NCBI RefSeq assembly: GCF_000949455.1
Contig: NZ_JXXK01000003.1
Coordinates: forward strand, 70,831-134,830
DNA: 64,000 bases
Source: Ruthenibacterium lactatiformans
Lineage (GTDB): Bacteria > Bacillota > Clostridia > Oscillospirales > Ruminococcaceae
Direction: 5' to 3'
Shown here: piece after piece, positions 35,241 through 45,931 of the stretch
Layout: each line of letters begins with the position of its first letter
Numbering within the stretch: the first letter of the stretch is position 1
Notes under the pieces: generated by a model
What the model was told of the DNA's origin: nothing
Seen by the model: the letters and a program-made list of their open reading frames with translations, nothing else
The model's database searches: none
Program-made: the position numbers and the translations under genes

Positions 35241-37190
35241 TCAGCCTACGTTCCCTGTCTCACGGTATTCGCGCCAGACATTTTCAAAGAAATCATCATC
35301 CTTCGGAATGGGGCGGACGGGACGCCATTCAAACACACATGCGCCGTCCCGGTACAGCATCTCCTGCACCCGGCCGCCCCGGCTTCCGTCATCCAGCACA
35401 AAGGTAAAGGCGTCAGGCAGCTGTGCATAAGGCTTTTTGCCCGCAGGGTCTGTATACAGGGCGCTGCCCCGGCTTTTTCCTCCCTGCTGCATATAATCCA
35501 GCATAGCCGCCAGATAGGCATACTGGCTGATGAGCATATCGCGCAGACGGTAGACCCAGCGCAGCTCTGCGGCCTCCGAGGCCGTGACGTTCCGCTCAAA
35601 GGAGGCAAGCTGAGCCTTCACCTCCGCCAGATAAACGGCAATCGCCCCGCCGTCACGAATGGCCGCGCCGCATTCGCTCATGCGCCGGGCCGCCTGTGCC
35701 CATAATGCACGCACATTGCCCTGCGGCTGCAGGGCGCGACGCGCCAGCGCGCCCATCTGCTCCAGCGCCTGTGCCGCTGCCTGCTCGAATCCCTCTTCCG
35801 GCGCGCCGCCGCGCTTTGCGGCAATATACTGCGCCGCGCGGGTGCTTCCCACCTGGCCCGCGTTCAGCGCCGTGCCTCCGGGCCGGTACACGCCATGGCT
35901 GGCACTCGCTTCGCCCACGGCAAAAAGCCCTGCTACATTCGTCTGCCACCAGCAGTCGATGGCGAGGCCGCCGTTATTGTGTTGCGCGCACAGCGAGATC
36001 TCAAGAGGCTCACGGGCAAGGTCCACGCCTTTGTCCCGGTAAAATTCCACGGCCGGAGCGTTCATGTGGCCAAGACGCTCGACGGGCGTGCCGAAGCACG
36101 CACCCGCCCGGGTCAGATAATCGCGCGCCTCCGGCTCCAGTTCATCATAAGAAAACGCGCCGCCCACAGGGTTCCGGCGGTAATCCAGATACACCCGCCG
36201 CCCCTTGCAGCGTTCCAGATAGACCAGAACGTCGATGATGGAGCTTCCCCCCGCCACCTTCCGCACATCGAACGGCCACTGATACCCCTTCAGAAACAGT
36301 TTGCTGAGCATCTCGGCAGGTGTTTTAAAAAAGTCCATCAGGAATTCCCGCTCGTCCGAGCCGTCTTCCGCGGCGGAATAGACGCGGGGAAGCACCTGCA
36401 TGTAGGTCCCCGATACGTTCCACCGCGGCTTTACCGACGCCAGGCCATATTGCCACTCGGTCAGGTTTTTTCCTTTCACCCCGGCCTCCAGCGCAAGGCC
36501 TGTGGCCCCGTAGTGTCCGGCGGGATACACACTGTCAGCGTACATACCGGCCGGGCCTCCGGTAGCGTATACAATGTTTTTGCATTGTATCAGGACGAAA
36601 CGGTCTGTTTCCTCCCGCGCGGCGGTATCCAGGCAGAGCAGGCCGTACGCCGTATGGCCGTCGCTGAGGATGCGGATGACCTGAAGATGGTCCAGCATAG
36701 GAATCCCCTTGGCCTGCACGGCCTGCTCCAAGCACTCGGTCATCTGCCTGCTGGTGTATGGGCCTACGCTGGTGGCACGCCTGCGCGGGTCGTGATCTGT
36801 TTTGTAGCCGATGTATTCTCCGTAACGGTTGCGCGGGAACGGAACGCCCAGTTCCACAAGCTTCAGAAAGCTCTGGGCAGAAAGCGCAGCCTCGCACAAA
36901 GCGATATCGCCGTCCACACACTGCCCTGAGAACAGCGTTTCAGCCATTTCCCGCACACTGTCGCCCTCCGGGCCGGAAAGTGTAAGCTTATAATAGGTCT
37001 GCTTGTCGCTGCCTGTATTCCGACTGGTTCCGGCAAGGCGGTTCTCCGTCACAATGAGGATATCCCGCTGGCCCAGCTGCCACAGCCGGTCAGCAGCATT
37101 GTAGCCTGCGGCGCCTGTTCCCACGACGGCCGTGTTGCATCGGCAGAGCCGGGCCGAGAAGCCCCCGGCGGAAAAGCGTTCCTCCAACAT
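35241..37190 (-). CDS. FAD-dependent oxidoreductase (fumarate reductase / succinate dehydrogenase flavoprotein-like, FAD_binding_2)
   Basis: Rossmann motif AVVGTGAAGYNAADRL, 649 aa; RBS AAGGAGG. Confidence 0.65.
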   Translation of the reverse strand: MLEERFSAGGFSARLCRCNTAVVGTGAAGYNAADRLWQLGQRDILIVTENRLAGTSRNTGSDKQTYYKLTLSGPEGDSVREMAETLFSGQCVDGDIALCEAALSAQSFLKLVELGVPFPRNRYGEYIGYKTDHDPRRRATSVGPYTSRQMTECLEQAVQAKGIPMLDHLQVIRILSDGHTAYGLLCLDTAAREETDRFVLIQCKNIVYATGGPAGMYADSVYPAGHYGATGLALEAGVKGKNLTEWQYGLASVKPRWNVSGTYMQVLPRVYSAAEDGSDEREFLMDFFKTPAEMLSKLFLKGYQWPFDVRKVAGGSSIIDVLVYLERCKGRRVYLDYRRNPVGGAFSYDELEPEARDYLTRAGACFGTPVERLGHMNAPAVEFYRDKGVDLAREPLEISLCAQHNNGGLAIDCWWQTNVAGLFAVGEASASHGVYRPGGTALNAGQVGSTRAAQYIAAKRGGAPEEGFEQAAAQALEQMGALARRALQPQGNVRALWAQAARRMSECGAAIRDGGAIAVYLAEVKAQLASFERNVTASEAAELRWVYRLRDMLISQYAYLAAMLDYMQQGGKSRGSALYTDPAGKKPYAQLPDAFTFVLDDGSRGGRVQEMLYRDGACVFEWRPVRPIPKDDDFFENVWREYRETGNVG

Positions 37191-37202
37191 GGCGCATCCT
37201 CC

Positions 37203-37970
37203 TTACAGGCGTTTGATGTGAAAACCGCCGTCCACATCGATATAGTTGCCCGTTGTATACAGGAATTTATCGCTGCACAGCGCGCTCACGGCATTGGCCA
37301 CATCCTGCGGAGTGCCCCAGCGGGCGATGGGAAACATTCCGTCCCCGATCATCTTATCATATTTGTCCTGCACGGCGCTCGTCATATCGGTGGCGATGAC
37401 GCCCGGGCGCACTTCGTGTACCAGAATGCCCTCCTGTGCCAGGCGGTCGGCGTACAGGGTCGTCAGCATGGAGACGCCTGCCTTTGATACACAATACTCG
37501 CCGCGATTGACGGAGGATACCACCGAACTGCAGCTGGAGACGTTCACAATAACGCCCTTCCGGCCATCCAGCGGCGCCTGACGGATCATCTGCTTCGCTA
37601 CGGCCTGCGTCAGGAACATGTTCCCCTTGGTGTTGACGCCCAAAACATAATCAAAGCTCTCCTCCGACATTTCCAGCAGGTCCGCGCGTACACGGGGCGC
37701 CACACCGGCGTTGTTCACCAAGGCGTCCACACGGCCGAAGGCAGTGAGCGCCGCATCAAGTATCCTGAGCCTGTCGTCGTGGTCGCCGATATTCGCCTGT
37801 ACATAAGCGCAGCAGACGCCCTGTTTTTGCAGCGCATCCACGGCCGCCTGGTTTTTCTCCTGCGGGCCGGTGGCCACCATCACGATATTGTAGCCGTCCA
37901 GGCCCAGCTGCCGGGCGATTGCAAACCCGATGCCCCGGCTGGAGCCTGTCACGATCGCTGTCTTTTTCAT
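37203..37970 (-). CDS. SDR-family oxidoreductase (3-oxoacyl-ACP reductase-like)
   Basis: MKKTAIVTGSSRGIGFAIA (TGxxxGIG), NNAG, catalytic YxxxK (YCVSKAG). Confidence 0.8.
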   Translation of the reverse strand: MKKTAIVTGSSRGIGFAIARQLGLDGYNIVMVATGPQEKNQAAVDALQKQGVCCAYVQANIGDHDDRLRILDAALTAFGRVDALVNNAGVAPRVRADLLEMSEESFDYVLGVNTKGNMFLTQAVAKQMIRQAPLDGRKGVIVNVSSCSSVVSSVNRGEYCVSKAGVSMLTTLYADRLAQEGILVHEVRPGVIATDMTSAVQDKYDKMIGDGMFPIARWGTPQDVANAVSALCSDKFLYTTGNYIDVDGGFHIKRL

Positions 37971-38002
37971 CTTTTCTTCTCCTTTTCCCCTGCCCGGGCC
38001 GC

Positions 38003-39031
38003 TCACGGTTTTACAATAACCTTAATGCTGTTGCTGCCGCGGTCCAGCGCAGTATTCAACGCCTGCTGCAGCTGCTCGAGCGGGAAAGTATGTGTGACGA
38101 ATTTTTCCAAGGGCAGATCCCGCGCCGCCGCAATGGCGATGGGGAAATCCCAGCAGTAGCCCTGGGCGCCCTGAATGCGTATTTCATGCGTTACCAGGCG
38201 GCTCGCCGGGAACGTGACCTGAGGTTTTTCGTAGATTCCCACGACCGTGGCCGTACCGTTGCGCCGCAGTGTCATAATCGCCTGCAAAAAGCAGCTTTCG
38301 CGGCCCACACATTCAAAACTTTTATCCACACCTTTTCCGCCCGTCAGACGGGCCACTTCCTGCTCCAAGTCCGCTCTGCCGCTGTTTATTGCAATGGTGG
38401 CTCCCACCTGCAGGGCCATCTCCAAACGGCTGTCGGAAAAATCTGCGATGATGACTTGCGCCGCACCGCTGCGGCGGCACATTGCCGCCACCATCATGCC
38501 GATGGCGCCCGCGCCGATGATAAGCACCGTCTCCCCAAGCGCTACCTGCGCCCGGCGTACCGCGTGAGTCGCTACGGACAGCGGTTCGATCAGCGCCCCT
38601 GTCTCGTAAGTGAGATATTCGGGCAGCTCATAAACATAAGGAGCTTTTGCCACCACATAATCCGCCATCGCTCCATCGCCGTTGCGGTAGGTGAAGCTGA
38701 TATGCTCACAGTAGCCGTAGTCTCCGTGGCGGCAGGCATCGCACTTGCCGCACACAATACACGGCTCCACCGTGACACGCTGTCCCACGCGCACATTGTC
38801 CACACCGCCGCCTACGGCCGTGACGTCGCCGGAAAATTCATGCCCGATGGTCACCGGAAGCGGAGCGGAAGGATGCAGCCCTCTTGCGATGTGCAGATCG
38901 CTGCCGCAGATGGCGCTGGCACGCACTCTCACAAGCACTTCGTCATCAGCCAATGCGTGGATCTCCCGTTCCAGAAAACGCACTTTAAAGGGTTCGTAAA
39001 CCTCCCCCACTCGGTTGCGGATGGTATCCAT
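38003..39031 (-). CDS. zinc-dependent medium-chain alcohol/polyol dehydrogenase
   Basis: ICGSDLH, GHEFSG, C-x2-C-x2-C-x7-C structural zinc site, GxGxxG (IIGAGAIG); RBS GGAGGA. Confidence 0.8.
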   Translation of the reverse strand: MDTIRNRVGEVYEPFKVRFLEREIHALADDEVLVRVRASAICGSDLHIARGLHPSAPLPVTIGHEFSGDVTAVGGGVDNVRVGQRVTVEPCIVCGKCDACRHGDYGYCEHISFTYRNGDGAMADYVVAKAPYVYELPEYLTYETGALIEPLSVATHAVRRAQVALGETVLIIGAGAIGMMVAAMCRRSGAAQVIIADFSDSRLEMALQVGATIAINSGRADLEQEVARLTGGKGVDKSFECVGRESCFLQAIMTLRRNGTATVVGIYEKPQVTFPASRLVTHEIRIQGAQGYCWDFPIAIAAARDLPLEKFVTHTFPLEQLQQALNTALDRGSNSIKVIVKP

Positions 39032-39058
39032 GTCAAATCCTCCTTCAGCAGGCGGGGC

Positions 39059-40417
39059 TTATTTGCGGTGCTCGCGCGCCACTGCCTCTGCATTGTACTT
39101 CTTAAACATTGGCCCGTACAGGGCGCTGTCCTTGATGACACAGCCCGTACGGCCGTGATCCCGCATGATCTGGGTGCACATACTGCATGTAACACAGCAT
39201 TTTCCGGGGTCCATGGCCCCGGTGGTCATCAGGTCATGAGGCGCATCGGGATAGGCAAAACTTTCCCGTCCAAGCCCCACAAAGCTGCAGCTTCCGTCGG
39301 CCAGGTTGGCCGCGCCTGCATAGGGCAGGAACTGGCGCAGCCAGGTGTAGCCGTTGCCCACCACGGGCACGCTGCCCGCGGCCTGCTGGACCGTGCGGGT
39401 GAACGCAAACAGCCGCGCCATACTCTCCAGCGGATGCTCTTCCGGCGTGGGGATGCCATAGCTGGATTTGTCAAACGGCCGCGTCACCTGCGGGTAGATA
39501 TAATAAGGGTTTCCGCCGCTGTTGGACAGAAGGTCCACACCGTTTTCCACCATCATCTTCACCAACGCCACCGGCTCCGTGGGGTCGAATTTCCACATGT
39601 CCTCGCGGTCGCACCCGAAGCCATAGGGGTACGGGTGCGCGTCGAACACATTGAAGCGGCAGGCCACGATGAAGTCATCACCCACAGCTTCGCGCACAGC
39701 CCGGATGGTCTGGCGCAAAAAACGGGTGCGGTTCTCAAAGCTTCCGCCGTATTTTCCCCCGCGGGTATGGCTCGCCAGCAGTTCACTCAGCAGATAACGG
39801 TGACAGCTTTTGATGTCCACACCGTCAAAGCCGACCTCCCGTGCCAGCAGCGCGCTCTGTACATACCGCTCCGTGAGCGCGTCGAGGTACATGTCTGTGA
39901 CCACAACTTCCCCGCCTTTATCCAGAAGCGGGTCATGCTGCGGAACCAGCGGACGGGCAATGTGTCCTTCCGGGCGGCTGTAACGGCCCGAATGGGTCAG
40001 CTGCAGGATATTCACCGGCTTGTGCTCCGCACCATTCTTCTGCGCCGCCGCAGCGTTGGTCTTTTGCAGAAGCGCCGCAAACTTGCTGCGGTTGGACGCC
40101 GTGAGCATCATCTGCAGTTCGTTGGCGCGCCCCTCCGGCACCACGGCGCAGGCTTCCCACCAAAGCAGGCCCGCGCCGCCCGACGCAAAACGCAGATAGC
40201 GCCGCTCAACAAGCTCGCTTGGCGAGCCGTCGGTATTGGAATCGCAGCCTTCCATCGGCAGGACGGCCATGGAATTGGGCGCGGTGCGTCCGCCTACCTT
40301 TCTGGGCTGGAACAGCGGGCTCAGATCATCCCGGAACGAGAGGCCGGCCCCAAGTTCCTGCGCTTTGGCCTTTACCGCTTCCAGCGTTTTAAAATCAAAT
40401 TTTTCATGTGCTGCCAT
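39059..40417 (-). CDS. Old Yellow Enzyme-family NADH:flavin oxidoreductase with C-terminal Cys-rich extension
   Basis: OYE-like TIM-barrel motifs (...LQLTHSGRYS..., ...GFDGVDIKSCHRYLLSELL...); C-terminal CCVTCSMCTQ...GCV cysteine cluster. Confidence 0.7.
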   Translation of the reverse strand: MAAHEKFDFKTLEAVKAKAQELGAGLSFRDDLSPLFQPRKVGGRTAPNSMAVLPMEGCDSNTDGSPSELVERRYLRFASGGAGLLWWEACAVVPEGRANELQMMLTASNRSKFAALLQKTNAAAAQKNGAEHKPVNILQLTHSGRYSRPEGHIARPLVPQHDPLLDKGGEVVVTDMYLDALTERYVQSALLAREVGFDGVDIKSCHRYLLSELLASHTRGGKYGGSFENRTRFLRQTIRAVREAVGDDFIVACRFNVFDAHPYPYGFGCDREDMWKFDPTEPVALVKMMVENGVDLLSNSGGNPYYIYPQVTRPFDKSSYGIPTPEEHPLESMARLFAFTRTVQQAAGSVPVVGNGYTWLRQFLPYAGAANLADGSCSFVGLGRESFAYPDAPHDLMTTGAMDPGKCCVTCSMCTQIMRDHGRTGCVIKDSALYGPMFKKYNAEAVAREHRK

Positions 40418-40455
40418 ATTGTATGGTTAGCCCCTTTCACAATAGGGCGGGGCCG

Positions 40456-41304
40456 TTACAGCCCCGCCTTCGTCTTAAAAAATGCTTGCAGATAAAACAG
40501 TCCCTCCCGCGCCAATTCGTCCGGCTCCGAGTGCACCTGCACCCAACTGGAATCCAGACCGCCCAGCGCAAAGGTCTCCATCGTGATATGCCCTCCGTAG
40601 CCGTAACGCACCAACAAACCTAATAAGTCCTCCCAGGGGATTACTCCCTGTCCGGGCGCGCCGCGGTTGTTCGCGCAGGCATGAAAATGGTTCACTTTGC
40701 CCGCCTGCAGCACCTGCTCCAGCGCTGCGCAGAGGTCCCGTTCCTCCAAGCAGGCGTGATATGTGTCGAAGTGGACGCCCACATTGGGCGCGTCCACTTC
40801 TTCCACCATGCGCAGCACCTGCCCGGCAGTATTGGCAACGCTGGTGCGGTAGCGATTCAGCGGCTCAACAGAGAGTACCACGCCGTAATGTTCCGCACGG
40901 CGGGCCAATTCCCGCAGCCCATCGACAGCCAGCATCCACTCCCGTTTCTTCTCGTCGGGTGAAAGCCAGTGGCGCTTTCCGCCGCCAGTGTACAGCGGGC
41001 CCGCCAGAATGCCTGCGCCCAGCTGCCCGGCTGTTTCAAGACAGGTCGTCAGATAATCCATTGTGGATGCGCGCACGGCGGAGTCAAAGCTGGAAAGATC
41101 CCGGCCCGGGCCCAGAGCCGCACACAATGAAACAGCCAGCCCTGTGTTCCGGATCTCATCCGCCAGCGCGGACGGCACCTGTGGCTGCGTCATGGGCAGC
41201 TCCACTGCCGTAAAGCCCATGCGGGCAACCTTTTCGGGCAGACCCAGGCATTCCTCGGACAAACCTGCGCACCAGTTCCACAAATTGATTCCCAGCGGGT
41301 TCAC
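40456..41304 (-). CDS. sugar phosphate isomerase/epimerase (xylose isomerase-like TIM barrel)
   Basis: 282 aa AP-endonuclease-2/TIM-barrel family signature; GTG start supported by RBS AGGAGGA 7 nt upstream. Confidence 0.7.
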   Translation of the reverse strand: MNPLGINLWNWCAGLSEECLGLPEKVARMGFTAVELPMTQPQVPSALADEIRNTGLAVSLCAALGPGRDLSSFDSAVRASTMDYLTTCLETAGQLGAGILAGPLYTGGGKRHWLSPDEKKREWMLAVDGLRELARRAEHYGVVLSVEPLNRYRTSVANTAGQVLRMVEEVDAPNVGVHFDTYHACLEERDLCAALEQVLQAGKVNHFHACANNRGAPGQGVIPWEDLLGLLVRYGYGGHITMETFALGGLDSSWVQVHSEPDELAREGLFYLQAFFKTKAGL

Positions 41305-41316
41305 GCAAATGTCCTC

Positions 41317-42330
41317 CTATCGGGTGGAACGGCGCACAATCAGATCCACACCCAGTACATTTCGCACGGGCGGAGGCAGTTCGCCGTTCTTTTCTTTATA
41401 ACGAATCTGATGGATCAGGTTTTTTGCGGCCACAGCCCCCATGTCATACAAAGGCTGTGCTACCGTGGACAGCGGCGGTTCCACCATCGACGAAAGGCTT
41501 ACATTGTCAAAACCCAGCACCGAAACATCTTCCGGAATGCGCACTCCCATATCGTGAAGCGCATGCATCACCACAAAGGCCTTCGGGTCACTGGTGGTAA
41601 AAATGGCGTCCGGCGGCTGCGGCAGGCGCATCACTTCCTGCGTAAGACGGTAAAAACTGTCCACGCCGCTGGATTCCCGCATCACCAGAGCCTCCTCATA
41701 GGGGAGCCCTGCGTCGGAAAGCGCCTGGCAGTATCCGCGATAACGTTCACGGTAAAAATAAAGTTCTTCCCTGCCATAGGCCAAGGCAATGCGCCTGTGC
41801 CCAGTGCGTACCAGGTACTGCACCGCATCGTAGGCGGCCTGGAAACTGTCTACGGCTACAGTGTCAAGCACATTGATATCCCGCTCCTCAAAACGGTTCA
41901 CCAGTACCAGCGGGAATCCTTCGACCCGCAAAGCGCGGATGTGATCGGCCTCCCCAATGTTGGAACACACAACGAAGCCGTCGATCCAGCGTGTTTTCAT
42001 CTTGTCTATGTATGCTTTTTCCACTGCCGCATCCTCATCGGTGTTGCACAGCACCACCGTGAAACCGTTACGGCGCGCCACATCCTCCACGCCCCGGGCG
42101 ATCTCCGGAAAAATCAGGTTCTGTATTGAAGGCACCATGAGGCATATCGTATTGCTGCGGCCCATTTTCAGGCTTTTGGCCAGTACATTGGGACGGTAAT
42201 TGGTCTTTTGCACCGCCTCCATCACTTTCTGCCGGGTAGTCTCATTCACATAGCTTTTGCCATTGAGTACCCGAGACACCGTGCTGGCGGAAACTCCCGC
42301 CAATGTTGCCACATGCTTGATATTCGTCAT
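41317..42330 (-). CDS. LacI-family transcriptional regulator
   Basis: MTNIKHVATLAGVSASTVSRVLNGKSYV HTH_LacI + periplasmic-binding-protein-like sugar-binding domain; RBS AAGGAGGG. Confidence 0.85.
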   Translation of the reverse strand: MTNIKHVATLAGVSASTVSRVLNGKSYVNETTRQKVMEAVQKTNYRPNVLAKSLKMGRSNTICLMVPSIQNLIFPEIARGVEDVARRNGFTVVLCNTDEDAAVEKAYIDKMKTRWIDGFVVCSNIGEADHIRALRVEGFPLVLVNRFEERDINVLDTVAVDSFQAAYDAVQYLVRTGHRRIALAYGREELYFYRERYRGYCQALSDAGLPYEEALVMRESSGVDSFYRLTQEVMRLPQPPDAIFTTSDPKAFVVMHALHDMGVRIPEDVSVLGFDNVSLSSMVEPPLSTVAQPLYDMGAVAAKNLIHQIRYKEKNGELPPPVRNVLGVDLIVRRSTR

Positions 42331-42380
42331 AGTACGCCCTCCTTGTGGTATGCCGTGATTCCTCTATCCCGGCAGCGGAT

Positions 42381-44042
42381 TCAGTCCCGCTCCCAATACA
42401 CAGTAGCGCCGCGGTGGGCGGAGGTGCATTCCTTACGGTACAGCCTCAGCCAGCCGGTGGCGGGTTTCACCACAGGCTTCCACAGGGCCTTGCGGGCGTT
42501 GAATTCCTCGTCGCTTACTTCCACAGTCAGCGTGCGCGCCTCGATATCGATATGCACCATATCACCGTTGCGGAGCAGAGCGAGGTTCCCTCCTTCGTAG
42601 GCCTCCGGGCTGACGTGGCCGATGGCCAGGCCGCCAGTCGCACCAGAAAAACGCCCGTCGGACACAAGAGCGATCCTGCTGCCCAAGCCCTTGCCCAGCA
42701 CAGCCGCCATGAATGTCTCCATATGTGGCATGCCCGGGCTGCCTTTAGGGCCTTCGTAACGAATGACGACTACGTCACCCGCCACGATCTCATCGCGCAG
42801 GATAGCATGCCAGGCGTCGTCCTGCGAATCGTAGCACTTGGCCGGGCCGCTGAATTTCCAGGCAGCAGGGTCTACTGCGCTGAACTTTACGATGGCGCTG
42901 TCCGTACCGATGTTCCCGTGCAGGACGGCAAGGCCGCCCTGCTCGTGGATCGGGTTCTCTACCGTGTGGATAACCTCGGTATTTTTATTCTCAGCCAAAG
43001 CCGCTTTGTCGGCGATGGTGCCGAACATGCCCTTGGCAGAGGCATCAATTTTGCCGGCCTTCGCCAGCTCCTTCACCACGGCACCCAGGCCGCCTGCGGT
43101 CTCAAACTCCTCCATGGTATAGGTGGGGTGGTTCGGATAAATGGTGCTGATGACCGGCACCTGACGGCTGATGGCATCAAAGGTCTCCGGTGTGATATCA
43201 CAGCCCACCTGACGTGCCAGCGCAGGGATGTGCAGCACACTGTTGGTGCTTCCGCCCGTGGCCATCATATAGCGCACCACATTTTCAAAGCTTTCCTGCC
43301 CGATGATGTCGCTGGGGCGCACTTTATTCTTCCACGCCTCCATCACCTGACGCGCTGCAGCGCGGGCCAACTCGTGCCAACGGGGCGTCTGGCTCCGGCA
43401 GCTTGCCGTGCCATGGGGGGTAAAGCCCAGCACTTCGGCCATGGCACACATCGTGTTAGCTGTGCCCATAAAGGGGCAGGCGCCCGGTGTGGGGCAAGCG
43501 TTCCGCACGATTCCCTTATAGTCCTCTTCGCTCATATCGCCCGCAATGTAGGCGGCATATGCCTGCTTGGTGTGTGTGAGTGTGAGCATGCGGCCTTTGT
43601 AACGGCCCGCAGCCATATAACCGCCGGTAAACATCACTGTCGGGATATTGACGCGCAGCGCACCCATAAGCATACCGGGTACAACCTTGTCACAGGTGGC
43701 CATAATGACCATACCTTCCAGCATGTTCAGCTCCGCAACCGTCTCCACCTCTGTGGAGACCATGTCCCGGGCAGGCAGTGTATAGCGGTCGCCCGGGGTA
43801 TTGCTGCAGATACCGTCGCAGATACCCGTGATGGGCAGTTCCAACGCAAGACCCCCGGCCCGATAGATTTCTTCCTTCATCTCAGCGATAACGTCCTTGA
43901 ACGGAAAATGGCCGGGATTCATCTCGTTCCATGAATTCACAAGGCCGATGATGGGGCGTTTGGCGTCTTCTTCCGCTATTCCCATAGCATATAGCAGCGT
44001 ATTGCGGTGGTCCAGTGATTCTTCATTCCACTCTCGAATCAT
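42381..44042 (-). CDS. IlvD/EDD-family dehydratase (dihydroxy-acid / sugar-acid dehydratase)
   Basis: 553 aa; ...[10 protein letters not shown]..., ...[10 protein letters not shown]..., ...[11 protein letters not shown]... family motifs; context (LacI, isomerase, dehydrogenases) favours sugar-acid dehydratase over IlvD proper. Confidence 0.8.
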   Translation of the reverse strand: MIREWNEESLDHRNTLLYAMGIAEEDAKRPIIGLVNSWNEMNPGHFPFKDVIAEMKEEIYRAGGLALELPITGICDGICSNTPGDRYTLPARDMVSTEVETVAELNMLEGMVIMATCDKVVPGMLMGALRVNIPTVMFTGGYMAAGRYKGRMLTLTHTKQAYAAYIAGDMSEEDYKGIVRNACPTPGACPFMGTANTMCAMAEVLGFTPHGTASCRSQTPRWHELARAAARQVMEAWKNKVRPSDIIGQESFENVVRYMMATGGSTNSVLHIPALARQVGCDITPETFDAISRQVPVISTIYPNHPTYTMEEFETAGGLGAVVKELAKAGKIDASAKGMFGTIADKAALAENKNTEVIHTVENPIHEQGGLAVLHGNIGTDSAIVKFSAVDPAAWKFSGPAKCYDSQDDAWHAILRDEIVAGDVVVIRYEGPKGSPGMPHMETFMAAVLGKGLGSRIALVSDGRFSGATGGLAIGHVSPEAYEGGNLALLRNGDMVHIDIEARTLTVEVSDEEFNARKALWKPVVKPATGWLRLYRKECTSAHRGATVYWERD

Positions 44043-44090
44043 GGTAGATCCTTCCTTTATTATATCACATTGAAAAGCGTCCGTAAGGGG

Positions 44091-44453
44091 TCACTTCTGC
44101 ATTAAATGAATGGCGAAGCCGCCGATCTGCTCCTTTGCATAGATTACCAGCACCCGTCCATCCGAAAAATGCTTTATGCTCTCCTCGTCAAAGGAAAAGC
44201 CCTTTTCTTCCAGGTAGCGGCGGGCCGCGGGCAGGTCGGCCGTGGCCAGTGCAAGATGTCCGTGCTCGCCCCGCCCGGGTTTTTTCATCCATTCGATCTG
44301 TGTACCTGTAAACCGTGCATCCGCACTTTCCTTGGCCGGGTTCACAGCCAATTGAAACAAAAGCTCAAATTTGTGTGCGCATTCAGCAGCCTGTGCCTCA
44401 TCCGCACAGTTCACACCTATGTGCACCAGTTCAAAATCAGGAGTATATGCCAT
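44091..44453 (-). CDS. VOC/glyoxalase-family protein
   Basis: 120 aa, paired beta-alpha-beta-beta-beta modules (...HIGVNC..., ...HLALATAD...). Confidence 0.55.
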   Translation of the reverse strand: MAYTPDFELVHIGVNCADEAQAAECAHKFELLFQLAVNPAKESADARFTGTQIEWMKKPGRGEHGHLALATADLPAARRYLEEKGFSFDEESIKHFSDGRVLVIYAKEQIGGFAIHLMQK

Positions 44454-44456
44454 TTC

Positions 44457-45164
44457 TCAGCCTCCCAGATACGCTTTGCGCACCGCGTCCGAACGCAGGA
44501 GTTCATCGCCCGCGCCAGAGAGATTGATCTTCCCGTTCTCCAGAACATAAGCGTAATCGCAAATCCCCAGCGCCTTGCGCGCGTTCTGTTCCACCAGCAG
44601 CACTGTAATGCCTGAGTCGCGGATCTGCCGGATCAAATCGTAGATCTGGTTTACAATGATAGGCGCAAGGCCCATGGATGGCTCATCCAGCAGAAGGATC
44701 TTAGGCCGGCTCATCAAACCGCGTGCCACCGCCAGCATCTGCTGTTCGCCGCCGGAGAGCGTGCCCGCATACTGGTTTTTGCGTTCTTCCAGAATGGGAA
44801 ACAGCTTATACTGATCCTGCAGATCTTTTTCCAATTCCTTGCCTTTAAACAGATATCCGCCCACCAGCAGATTATCCCGGATGGTCAGGCCGGAAAAAGT
44901 CTTGCGGCCCTCCGGCACATGCACAATCCCTTTTGCCACGATTTTGTTCGGTTTTTTCGGCAGCGGTTCGCCCAAAAACTCCACCCTGCCGTTCAACGGC
45001 TTCACAAGGCCGGAAATGGTGCGCAGCAGCGTACTCTTTCCGGCGCCGTTCGCGCCGATGATGGAGACGATCTGCCCCTGCTCGACCTGAATGCTTACGC
45101 CGCGCAGCGCTTCCACATGCCCATAGCTAACCGAAAGGTCCGTCACTTTCAGCATCGGTTCCAT
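44457..45164 (-). CDS. ABC transporter ATP-binding protein (LivF-like)
   Basis: Walker A GANGAGKST, signature LSGGEQQML, Walker B ILLLDEPS; start moved to 45164 (MEPMLK) for RBS spacing. Confidence 0.8.
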   Translation of the reverse strand: MEPMLKVTDLSVSYGHVEALRGVSIQVEQGQIVSIIGANGAGKSTLLRTISGLVKPLNGRVEFLGEPLPKKPNKIVAKGIVHVPEGRKTFSGLTIRDNLLVGGYLFKGKELEKDLQDQYKLFPILEERKNQYAGTLSGGEQQMLAVARGLMSRPKILLLDEPSMGLAPIIVNQIYDLIRQIRDSGITVLLVEQNARKALGICDYAYVLENGKINLSGAGDELLRSDAVRKAYLGG

Positions 45165-45166
45165 TG

Positions 45167-45931
45167 TCATTCCTCCTTGCCCAGATAGGCCTCGATGACC
45201 TCGGGGTTATGCTGCACCTCGGCAGGGGTGCCCACCGCGATGGTCTTGCCGAAATTCTGCACGTGGATGATGTCTGAAATGCTCATGACCAGCTCCAGGC
45301 GGTGTTCGATCAGCAGGATACCAAAACCGATCTCCTTGGAAATGCGCTGAATAAGTTCCGTCAGCTCGCTGACTTCGGTGGGGTTCAGGCCTGCGGCGGG
45401 TTCGTCCAGAAGCAGTACCTTTGGTTCGCACATCAGCGCGCGGGCGATCTCGATCCTGCGCTGCATACCGTAGGAAAGGTTCTCTGGACGCTCGTTCAGG
45501 AAATCAGCCATACCCACAATCTCCAGATATTTTCTGCACAGCTCGCGGCCGCGCTTTTCCTCGGCGCGGCGTCTGGGCGTCGGCACAAGGCCGCCCAGAA
45601 TGGAATACCGGCTTTGCGGGTCAAAGGCGCACATCACGTTTTCCTCTACGGTCAGGCCCTTGAACAAGCGGATATTCTGGAATGTCCGGCCCATCCCCAG
45701 GCGGGTAATCTTGTACTGCTCGATCTTCGTGATGTCTTGTCCGTTCAGCGTCACAGAACCCTGGTCGGCCGGATACACGCCGGAAATCACGTTGAAGATC
45801 GTCGTCTTGCCCGCGCCGTTGGGACCGATGATGCCGTGGATCTGGCCCGCGTCCGCTGCCAGCGAGAAATCCTGAATGGCTTTCACACCGCCAAAGCTCT
45901 TATAAATGTTTTTTACTTCCAGCAGCGCCAT
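45167..45931 (-). CDS. ABC transporter ATP-binding protein (LivG-like)
   Basis: Walker A GPNGAGKTT, signature LSYGMQRRIEIA, Walker B LLLDEPAAG; RBS AAGGAGGAA. Confidence 0.8.
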   Translation of the reverse strand: MALLEVKNIYKSFGGVKAIQDFSLAADAGQIHGIIGPNGAGKTTIFNVISGVYPADQGSVTLNGQDITKIEQYKITRLGMGRTFQNIRLFKGLTVEENVMCAFDPQSRYSILGGLVPTPRRRAEEKRGRELCRKYLEIVGMADFLNERPENLSYGMQRRIEIARALMCEPKVLLLDEPAAGLNPTEVSELTELIQRISKEIGFGILLIEHRLELVMSISDIIHVQNFGKTIAVGTPAEVQHNPEVIEAYLGKEE